This document shows, in pieces, positions 48,974-56,314 of a DNA stretch of 64,000 bases (positions are counted from its first letter, which is position 1; the number at the start of each line of letters is the position of its first letter). The translations under genes were made by a program, and so were the position numbers. The notes under the pieces are model-generated. The model was not told the origin of the DNA, did no database searches, and worked only from the letters and a program-made list of their open reading frames with translations. The stretch comes from a bacterium (lineage in GTDB: Bacteria; Patescibacteriota; Patescibacteriia; Patescibacteriales; UBA12465): positions 41,501 through 105,500 of the forward strand of contig DAONYH010000001.1 in the NCBI GenBank assembly GCA_035414245.1, in the 5' to 3' direction.

Positions 48974-49723
48974 TTATTTCAAAAATACTTCAATCAACAT
49001 AAACAATAATGTTGATAATAAAATTATCATCCCTCTATATTTTATAAAGAAAGGCTTTTTTTTATCAAAGTCTTTTAAAATTTTGTTTAACTCTTTATTA
49101 ATTTGAAAATACAAATAGTGTAATTTATCTTTTTTATTCCTATTGCCAATTATATTAACATGAATGATTCTATTTAATCGTCTGATCTGTTCTGCCAAGT
49201 AAAAATCAGTATCTGTTCTTTTGGCTTCAAATATTTTATTTTTCAAGTCATCAAACTCAACGCTGTCTTTGTCTAATCCAAGATCGTTTAGTTTATCCTT
49301 CAACCTTTCAGTAATAACCGAATTTGTAGTGACTTTCTTAATATAATCTAGCAAATCATTAAAAGCAATAACCCTTTCATTAAAAAGTGAAAGCTGATTA
49401 CTGAACTCATTTGAGATCCAAGAAAATTCGGCTATTCCTCGCCTGATTATTTCCGGTAATGATTCAAAAGAAAGTGGAAAAATTATTTTATAAGGATTAA
49501 AAGAGTTTTTATCCTTATATGTGTCTTCAAAATATTCAGTTTGTAGCCAAGATTTTTGACTATTAAGGTCATCCCTAAGGGAAATAAAAAGTGATTTCCA
49601 TGCTTCCAAATCTCTATTAACTGACCAAGCATAGGCAATATATGCCAAAATCAAGGCCAAATACGTTAGCAAATCTCCTGATCTTATTTCACTTAAAAAA
49701 TGTAAATTTAAACAAATATTCAT
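48974..49723 (-). CDS. uncharacterised two-TM protein embedded between hsdS and hsdR
   Basis: This 249-aa ORF has 1-nt gaps to both neighbours, each junction reading TAATATG. Hydrophobic helices sit at the N-terminus ([16 protein letters not shown]) and C-terminus ([17 protein letters not shown]). Confidence 0.6.
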   Translation of the reverse strand: MNICLNLHFLSEIRSGDLLTYLALILAYIAYAWSVNRDLEAWKSLFISLRDDLNSQKSWLQTEYFEDTYKDKNSFNPYKIIFPLSFESLPEIIRRGIAEFSWISNEFSNQLSLFNERVIAFNDLLDYIKKVTTNSVITERLKDKLNDLGLDKDSVEFDDLKNKIFEAKRTDTDFYLAEQIRRLNRIIHVNIIGNRNKKDKLHYLYFQINKELNKILKDFDKKKPFFIKYRGMIILLSTLLFMLIEVFLK

Positions 49724-49724
49724 A

Positions 49725-51005
49725 TTAATTATTAAACCCCTTAACCCTCACTTCTCCCTCCATCAATTTTGGCAAAAGCGTATCGCGAAGATTGGAAAGG
49801 GTTTGGATTTGGGAAATATTATTAGAAATTTTTTCAAAACAAGCCTCAACAGTTTTTGTGAATTTTTCAGCAAGATTTTTTGGAGGCAATACAAACATAA
49901 TTTTTTTAATCCCATCATTGCTAATAGCAACTTGAACCGCGCCGTCGGCATATTGATTTTTAAGATTATTAAACATATCAGATAATATAAAACACCAATA
50001 AAAATACAAATATTCTTTTATACACTTAATGCCCGCAAATCCTGTCGAAAGAATTTTTGTCTCGATGTCTTGTTTATCTTTTTCTTGAAATAATAAATAT
50101 TTTCTACTTTCAGCCATTCGCGCAAACCAAAATGAATTTGGGACAGGTTGCATATTTGCGCGACTTGGTCTTTTGAAATAGGTTATCTTTTCAAAACTTC
50201 CAACAAGACTGGATAAATTTACATTTGCAGTTTCAATATAATCTTTAACACCCTCAAATTCATCGATGTTTGTTTTTACAAACTCTGATATCCCATCTTC
50301 AATTAATCCTCCCACCCTCCACCCCTCCGGAATCTTTCCCAGTTCGGAATCAATCATTTTTTCGGTTGCGCCGGGGAAATTGAATTTTACAAACCATTCT
50401 TTAAAAATCGTTTGTGCGGTAGTTTCCAATATTTTGTTTTGTTCTCGCAAAAGTTCAATCTTATCATCAAAAGACGACAACACCGCCGCAATCGCGCGTT
50501 GTTCGGGGAGAGGGGGCAAGATTGTCTTGTATGATTCAATTTTTGCTGGAGAGGTATGCCTTACTGTACTACCAGATGCTGTATTTACAATATACCTTTG
50601 ATAGTTAGTTGTTCTTAGAAAAAAATATATAAATTTTTTAGAATTCAAATTTTCATTGATGTTAACGAGACCAATTCTTTGATTATGTAAATAATTTTTA
50701 TTTTGATTACTTGGTACCAAAGCAGGAAATCCTAAAGTATCCCCATCTTTACTCAAATCAGTCATTGTTATAACTAAGTCATCATTTTTTAATAAATAAT
50801 CAGCAGGTATTTCTCCTATAAAAAATTTCTTCCCATCTTTCCACCCTCCGCCAACAAAAAAATTTCCAGGAGTTAAAAGTATATTTCTATTCTCTTTGTT
50901 GGTAATTCCTTCTCCACTAAAAGCATACCCATGCTTAACATGAAATACCTCTCCCAATGTCGTCATCTTCCATCCTTTTGGAATTGTATTTGTTTGATTT
51001 GTCAT
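49725..51005 (-). CDS. hsdS: type I restriction-modification specificity subunit S
   Basis: Two target-recognition halves are separated by the conserved LPPLPEQRAIAAVLSSFDDKIELL. The C-terminal motif is LRDTLLPKLMEGEVRV. Confidence 0.9.
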   Translation of the reverse strand: MTNQTNTIPKGWKMTTLGEVFHVKHGYAFSGEGITNKENRNILLTPGNFFVGGGWKDGKKFFIGEIPADYLLKNDDLVITMTDLSKDGDTLGFPALVPSNQNKNYLHNQRIGLVNINENLNSKKFIYFFLRTTNYQRYIVNTASGSTVRHTSPAKIESYKTILPPLPEQRAIAAVLSSFDDKIELLREQNKILETTAQTIFKEWFVKFNFPGATEKMIDSELGKIPEGWRVGGLIEDGISEFVKTNIDEFEGVKDYIETANVNLSSLVGSFEKITYFKRPSRANMQPVPNSFWFARMAESRKYLLFQEKDKQDIETKILSTGFAGIKCIKEYLYFYWCFILSDMFNNLKNQYADGAVQVAISNDGIKKIMFVLPPKNLAEKFTKTVEACFEKISNNISQIQTLSNLRDTLLPKLMEGEVRVKGFNN

Positions 51006-51121
51006 AATTATTACCTCTAAAAGCCTTTAATTATTTTATATTTATTATATACATTTTTTCCTTTATTTTAAGCCAATTTTCATCATTACCTCTAAAATAA
51101 TTCAAAATTATTTGCGGGCTA

Positions 51122-51149
51122 TTGATTTTTCTCTATTTTATGTTACACT
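51122..51149 (+). promoter_or_regulatory. plus-strand promoter of the candidate sRNA
   Basis: TTGATT (51122-27), 16 nt ending in TGt, TACACT (51144-49). This is an extended -10 configuration. Confidence 0.45.
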
Positions 51150-51155
51150 GTAGAT

Positions 51156-51262
51156 AGGTCAGAGTAGCAAGGGAAGGTGTTGAATTTTTTTTCAACTACC
51201 GCTAATACCCTTGCCAGCACTTAGACCTCTCAAAATGCCTCTGTTTAGTCAGGGGTTTTTTG
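51156..51262 (+). ncRNA. candidate ~105-nt structured sRNA (unknown family)
   Basis: It sits on the plus strand in an otherwise minus-strand operon. A promoter at 51122-51149 is followed by three nested stems. These are AGGTC 51156-60 with GACCT 51224-28, GCAAGGG 51167-73 with CCCTTGC 51208-14, and GGTGTTGAA 51176-84 with TTCAAC-T-ACC 51191-200. A terminator hairpin follows at 51238-55 with a T-run. Confidence 0.4.
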
Positions 51263-51266
51263 ATTT
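51238..51266. terminator. bidirectional terminator shared by the DUF3800 gene (-) and the candidate sRNA (+)
   Basis: The stem CCTCTG / CAGGGG has a 6-nt loop. TTTTTTGATTT follows on the plus strand and an A-run precedes it. Confidence 0.55.
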
Positions 51267-51268
51267 AC

Positions 51269-52024
51269 TTAATTTCCTATAGGTTTCCAGTACCAAATAT
51301 TGTATTTTGGATAAAATTTTTCAGCATCGGTTTTGGAATAGGCATTCCAAGTTGTCGGCAATAAATCCTTTACATTTAATTTTTTAATTAAATAATCTCT
51401 AACATTATTTTTATGTTTATTACTGGTTGGTTTTAAATTATTTAAAATACAACCCAATAAAATATCATTAATTTGATTAACTTGATATTGTTCCAAGCTA
51501 GAATTAATATCGGCAATATCTTTCAAAGTTGGTTTGTGATTATCATTGCAATATTGACCATTAATTAAGCAAAAATCATGCTTCATTATTTCTATAAATT
51601 TATCGCCTTGGCAACGCGTTAGTTTATCTGTTAGTAATACTCCATTGTAAATATTTTCGGTATTATGAGAAAGCAATAATTCGGCAAATTTTTTATAAGC
51701 GCGAGCCATTTTTATCTTCTTTTCTTCATTTTTTCTACCAAACTTATCTAAGTTCACAAGATTCTGGTCAATAACAATAGCTCTGAAATAACTTGTGCTT
51801 CGCATAAAAATATCAATTGCTTCACAGTTCATTATTTCACGCTTTTTGTTTATGCAATTGTTGTATTTAATTTCCAAAGCCTTGCCGTTTTGATCTAGAT
51901 AATTATATTTCTTTTTCATTTCCAAAAGTTTTTGATGTAAAAATTTTGGATGAGGATTAAACAAAGTTCCCAATAAGAGATATTGGCGCTCTTGATCGTA
52001 TGATTCGTCAAAATATATTAACAT
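51269..52024 (-). CDS. DUF3800-like protein embedded between hsdM and hsdS
   Basis: This 251-aa protein has the N-terminal MLIYFDESYD (the DES acidic motif typical of DUF3800). It starts 12 nt after the hsdM stop. Confidence 0.65.
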   Translation of the reverse strand: MLIYFDESYDQERQYLLLGTLFNPHPKFLHQKLLEMKKKYNYLDQNGKALEIKYNNCINKKREIMNCEAIDIFMRSTSYFRAIVIDQNLVNLDKFGRKNEEKKIKMARAYKKFAELLLSHNTENIYNGVLLTDKLTRCQGDKFIEIMKHDFCLINGQYCNDNHKPTLKDIADINSSLEQYQVNQINDILLGCILNNLKPTSNKHKNNVRDYLIKKLNVKDLLPTTWNAYSKTDAEKFYPKYNIWYWKPIGN

Positions 52025-52036
52025 AGTATTATTGCG

Positions 52037-53595
52037 CTAATTTAAGTTAAACCCAACATTTTTCAGTTGCTTCTTTATTTCTTCATCCAATCTTTTTTCT
52101 TCTTTCATTTGTTCGGAAAGTTTTTGAGTCAACTCCGCCATTTTTTCTTCAAACGGGATGCCGTCGTCTTCTTCTTCCTTGATTCCCACATATCGCCCGG
52201 GAGTTAGAACAAAATTATGCTTGGCGATTTTTTCCATATTTGCCGACTTGCAAAAACCTTTGATGTCCTCATATTTACCGTCTTGCTTTCGCCATTCGTG
52301 ATAAGTTTTGGAAATTTTAGCGATGTCTTCCTCGCTAAATTCACGATGGGTGCGATCGGCCATAAATCCAAGTTCCGAAGCATCAATAAATAAGATTTCA
52401 CCCATGCGTTTGCGATCACCATTACCAGCCCGCTTGCGAGAAATAAACCAAATACAGGCTGGGATACCAGTGTTATAAAACAGCTGTTTTGGTGCGCCAC
52501 AATACAATCCACTAAATTATCTTCAATCAACGCTTTTCTGATCTCACCTTCGTTGTTTGTTTGTGATGAAAGTGAACCATTAGCCAAAACACAGGCCATC
52601 ACTCCCTTTGGTGAGAGATGATAAATCATATGTTGAAGCCACGCATAATTGGCATTGCTTGCTGGTGGGACTCCATATTTCCAACGCGGATCATTTTGCA
52701 AAAGTTGCCCCGACCAGTCGCTATCATTAAATGGCGGATTGGCGAGAATAAAATCCGCCTTCAAGTCTTTGTGCGCGTCATTTAGAAACGAGCCTTCGGT
52801 ATTCCATTTTACTTGACTGCCATCAATCCCACGGATTGCCAAATTCATCCGACACAAACGATAAGTTGTTTGATTGCTTTCTTGTCCGTAAATGGAAATA
52901 TCGTCAACATTTCCTTGATGACTTTCTACAAATTTTTCACTCATAATAAACATTCCACCGCTTCCGCAACAAGGATCATACACGCGGCCCTTATAGGGTT
53001 CAATCATTTCCACAATGACGCGGACAATTGATTTGGGCGTATAAAATTGCCCTCCTTTTTTACCTTCGGCATTAGCAAATTCACCAAGAAAATATTCATA
53101 CACTCTGCCGAGTAAATCTTTTGATTTTGCCGCCGCATCGCCAATCGCAATATTTCCGATTAAATCAATAAGTCCACCCAGTGCGGCTTTGTCCAAATTC
53201 GGACGCGCATACACTTTGGGCAAAATACCTTTGAGGGTTGGATTTTCTTTTTCAATCGCTTCCATGGCGTCGTCAACATCTTTTCCAATGGAAGGCAGTT
53301 TGGCGCGTGAGTGAAGATACGACCAACGCGCAGTTTGAGGAACAAAAAAGACATTTTCTGCGCGATATTCGTCAACATCTTCCGGATCGGCACCTGAAAA
53401 ATCGCCCGCACCGTCTTTTATTTTTGCATGCAGTTCTTCAAAGGAATCAGAAATATATTTAAGAAAAATAAGACCAAGCACGATGTGTTTGTATTCCGCA
53501 GCATCCATATTTTTGCGCAACTTATCCGCCGCTTTAAAAAGCGTTTTCTCAAATTGTTCAACTTTTTGCAAATTTTTCTTCTTTTCTTTATTCAT
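52037..53595 (-). pseudogene. hsdM: type I R-M DNA methyltransferase subunit M, interrupted by a 1-nt frameshift
   Basis: The N-terminal ORF (52204..53595) carries NPPFNDSDW and the HsdM N-domain, and reads ...LVDCIVA in frame. The C-terminal part ([21 protein letters not shown]...) continues in another frame (52037..52507). The junction is at about 52493-52494, where the expected sequence is IVA-L-P-KQLFY. Confidence 0.85.
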
Positions 53596-53600
53596 AGTTT

Positions 53601-53780
53601 TTAACTTTTTATTAATTCAAAAACATCTCCCTTCTTAAATCTCCTATCCCCTCGACTCCCAAAACGAATACACTTAATTAGGCCTTTATTTCCCCAATTT
53701 CTAAGAGTATTTGGATGACAATTAAGAATCTCACAAGCCTGAGATAGGGTTAATATTTCTGGTAATTTATTAATCTGCAT
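53601..53780 (-). CDS. excisionase/MerR-type HTH DNA-binding protein
   Basis: My own translation gives 59 aa, below the track cutoff: [59 protein letters not shown]. The stop lies 5 nt before the hsdM ATG. Confidence 0.7.
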   Translation of the reverse strand: MQINKLPEILTLSQACEILNCHPNTLRNWGNKGLIKCIRFGSRGDRRFKKGDVFELIKS

Positions 53781-53813
53781 AATTTGATTTTTAACTTAAC
53801 ATAACTTAATACA

Positions 53814-53842
53814 AGTATATAAAGATATAAACAAAAATTCAA
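53814..53842 (-). promoter_or_regulatory. putative promoter of the HTH-hsdM operon
   Basis: On the minus strand: TTGAAT (53842-53837), 17 nt, TATACT (53819-53814). Confidence 0.5.
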
Positions 53843-53920
53843 GTAAAAATAAAATAAAGATAAACAACGAATAAAATTTGTATGACAAACTAATTGTTTT
53901 GTAAAATTCACTTAAATACA

Positions 53921-53947
53921 TAAAAAACAGGCTCTTTTGAACCTGTT
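53921..53947 (-). terminator. terminator after tRNA-Trp
   Basis: The 9-bp stem AACAGGTTC / GAGCCTGTT has loop AAAA and is followed by TTTTTAT. Confidence 0.65.
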
Positions 53948-53959
53948 TTAATCACTGGG

Positions 53960-54030
53960 CACGGGATGAGGGAATCGAACCCCCGCCAACGGTTTTGGAG
54001 ACCGCCGTACTACCACTATACGAATCCCGC
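53960..54030 (-). tRNA. tRNA-Trp (anticodon CCA)
   Basis: The reverse strand reads GCGGGAT TC GTATAGTGGTAGTAC G GCGGT CTCCAAA ACCGT TGGC GGGGG TTCGATT CCCTC ATCCCGT G. This folds as a cloverleaf with a G1-U72 wobble and discriminator G. It is followed by CCCA, so CCA is not cleanly encoded. Confidence 0.88.
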
Positions 54031-54098
54031 AGTTTTTTATTTCCTGCAATTTCTATTTCCCGCAGTTTTTATCCCGCAAGCTGGCAAATTACAAAGTA

Positions 54099-54236
54099 CT
54101 ACTCTTCAGCTAAACCATCCTCCTTTATTTGCATTTCTTCTCCACAACAAATAATTTTCCCGCCGCCATCTTTAACAAATTTTACTTCATTGCCACAAAG
54201 ACGACAAAAATAAATTTTATCTACTCGATTGCTCAT
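54099..54236 (-). CDS. desulforedoxin-like small iron protein
   Basis: My own translation gives 45 aa: MSNRVDKIYFCRLCGNEVKFVKDGGGKIICCGEEMQIKEDGLAEE. The CxxC...CC spacing is characteristic of desulforedoxin. It starts 30 nt after the rubrerythrin stop. Confidence 0.7.
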   Translation of the reverse strand: MSNRVDKIYFCRLCGNEVKFVKDGGGKIICCGEEMQIKEDGLAEE

Positions 54237-54265
54237 ATAATTATTTAATTAAATGATTAATAAGA

Positions 54266-54796
54266 TTAGTAAGTTTCAACAAAAACTTCAAAGTGCGCTT
54301 GGGGATGGGCACAAGCCGGACAAACTAAAGGCGCTTCCAAACCCTCATGAATATAACCGCAATTATTACATTTCCAGCGTTTAACTTCTGGTTTTTTAAA
54401 GACTTCCCCTTTCTCTAAATTGGCTAATAATTTCTCATAGCGAATAGCATGATCAGCCTCTACTTCACCGACTTCGGTAAACATTTTAGCAATATCTTGA
54501 TGCCCTTCTTCTAAAGCATCTTTGGCCATCTGCGGATACATGGTTGAAGTTTCATATCTTTCGCCCTCAATCGCCATTTGTAAATTGGTTTTTAAATCAT
54601 CACTAATATAACCTAACTGCTTTGCCCAAAGTTTAGCGTGTTCTTTTTCATTACGAGCAGTCTCTTCAAAAATATTAGCAATTTGCACATAACCGGCTTT
54701 ACGAAACACCGAAGCAAAATAGTCATATTTATTACGTGCCATTGATTCGCCGGCAAAAGCTTCTTCTAAATTTTTCTTGGTTTTTGGTCCTAACAT
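54266..54796 (-). CDS. rubrerythrin
   Basis: A ferritin-like diiron domain (ESMARNKY, EKEHAKLW, EVEADHAIRYE) plus a C-terminal rubredoxin CNNCG...CPAC. Confidence 0.9.
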   Translation of the reverse strand: MLGPKTKKNLEEAFAGESMARNKYDYFASVFRKAGYVQIANIFEETARNEKEHAKLWAKQLGYISDDLKTNLQMAIEGERYETSTMYPQMAKDALEEGHQDIAKMFTEVGEVEADHAIRYEKLLANLEKGEVFKKPEVKRWKCNNCGYIHEGLEAPLVCPACAHPQAHFEVFVETY

Positions 54797-54821
54797 ATTT
54801 TTTATTTATTTTAAAATTTAA

Positions 54822-55988
54822 TTAATCAAGTATATCTTTAATTTTATTTTTCACCTCTTTAATTTTCTGCCAATCTTTATTCTCCTCATCATCTTTTTCT
54901 TTACGACCGCTACTTTCTTTTTGATTATTACATCTTTCTAAATCACCGCAAAACTCTAATTCATAAATATGGAAAATAGTGGTTGCTAGAGCAACAATTA
55001 AGGGACCAAGCACAATTCCCCAGAAGCCGAACAAAACAATACCGCCTAGAATGGAGAATAAAACAAAGATGGCGTTAACTTCGGCTTTTCCTCTAATCAT
55101 GAAAGCGCGAATAATATTATCAACCGTGCCAATTACTAAGAATCCCCAAATTAAAATGAATATTCCCTGCCAAATACTACCAATCAACAAATAATATATG
55201 CCTACCGGAACATAAAAAATCATAGAGCCGATATAAGGTAGTAGGGATAAAAGTGCAACAATGACACCGGCTAATAAAGCGGGAAAACCAACAATCGCAA
55301 AACCAATTGCTCCGGCAATACCTTGTCCGGCCGCCGCCACAAACGAGGAAACAAAAGTTGAATAGCTAACCGCCCGGAACTTAGCAAATATTTCCTTGTC
55401 ATAATGATTCGGGAGCGGTGATAAATGCATTAACCGATGAACAACATTTTTGCCTTCCACAAAGAAAAAGAACATGGCAATGATAATCAGCACCAAAGAA
55501 ATCAAAAAATTCGTTGTTTCTTTGACTACCGTGGTGGCGCCGGAAATCATCCAGTTACTTGACTTTTTCAAGATATCAAGAAACATGGTCTTTAGTTCTT
55601 CATTGGTTTCAATTAAATTTTTAATGTCAAAAAATTTAAAAACACCACGATCTAAAGATTCACTCTGTAAAACTTCACTTAAATCATTATTGTTAAAAAA
55701 CTCAACTGCTTGTGAATAGGCGGTAACGGATTTTTGACCGGCGTAAATTATTATTCTAACGGAAGGAATAACCACAATTAAAATCAAAAGCAGACACATA
55801 ATAAAGGCAGCTAAATTTCGTCGACCTTTTAATTTAGAAACCAAAAATTCAAAAGGACGATAAAAAATTGAGGCCAACACCATGGCCACAAACAATTCTG
55901 TTAAAAAGGGTCGAAAAATTAAATAGCAACCAACAATAACCAAGAATACCAGGAGAAGTAAAAATGGCTTGGTCAAATTTTTAGGCAT
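54822..55988 (-). CDS. AI-2E family transporter (PerM-like)
   Basis: Eight-TM architecture typical of the family. The ATG is at 55988. The track extension to 56039 starts with TTG and runs through a GC-rich hairpin. Confidence 0.8.
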   Translation of the reverse strand: MPKNLTKPFLLLLVFLVIVGCYLIFRPFLTELFVAMVLASIFYRPFEFLVSKLKGRRNLAAFIMCLLLILIVVIPSVRIIIYAGQKSVTAYSQAVEFFNNNDLSEVLQSESLDRGVFKFFDIKNLIETNEELKTMFLDILKKSSNWMISGATTVVKETTNFLISLVLIIIAMFFFFVEGKNVVHRLMHLSPLPNHYDKEIFAKFRAVSYSTFVSSFVAAAGQGIAGAIGFAIVGFPALLAGVIVALLSLLPYIGSMIFYVPVGIYYLLIGSIWQGIFILIWGFLVIGTVDNIIRAFMIRGKAEVNAIFVLFSILGGIVLFGFWGIVLGPLIVALATTIFHIYELEFCGDLERCNNQKESSGRKEKDDEENKDWQKIKEVKNKIKDILD

Positions 55989-56048
55989 ATTGATTGTTAT
56001 TTTTCGTCGCCCCCGATTTCGGGGTGGGAATAGCGACAAAAAATATTA

Positions 56049-56204
56049 TTATTTAGTTTCTTTATGAAGAGTATGGACTTTACAATGATTGCAATATTTT
56101 TTCATCTCTAAACGCTCTTTGAGAGTCTTTTTATTTTTACGAGAATGATAATTGGTAGTCTTGCAAACAGTACATTCCAACTTTATCATGTTATCTTGGG
56201 ACAT
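56049..56204 (-). CDS. rpmG: 50S ribosomal protein L33
   Basis: My own translation gives 51 aa: [51 protein letters not shown], with the CxxC...CxxC zinc ribbon. Confidence 0.9.
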   Translation of the reverse strand: MSQDNMIKLECTVCKTTNYHSRKNKKTLKERLEMKKYCNHCKVHTLHKETK

Positions 56205-56314
56205 AAGGTTAAAAAGGAATTAAATTATTATTTACTACTTTAGAATATATAAAAACAGGGCAAAAGTCAAATCAGGGTCTTTTCGTATAATAGCTAATTT
56301 AAGGCTAAGTTAAG

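Noticed and set aside
45702-54030. Whether the R-M locus is a bounded integrative island with att repeats, an integrase and a clear GC shift.
   Set aside because: I found no integrase or recombinase and no copy of the tRNA-Trp 3' end in the candidate distal spacers by eye. Spot GC counts (about 43% in part of hsdM, 33% in hsdR, 27-42% in core genes) are too variable to claim a shift. A windowed GC and k-mer computation is needed.
53966-54213. Plus-strand ORFs 53966..54154 and 53995..54213.
   Set aside because: They overlap tRNA-Trp and run antisense to the desulforedoxin ORF. Their translations are low-complexity.
56004-56038. A GC-rich hairpin (CCCCG-ATTT-CGGGG with an outer TCGC/GCGA stem), unusual for this AT-rich genome. 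It lies between rpmG and the AI-2E transporter gene.
   Set aside because: It is not followed by a T-run on either strand, so it is not a canonical terminator. Its main consequence is to show that the TTG-initiated N-terminal extension of the transporter ORF is spurious. It is too small to interpret further.
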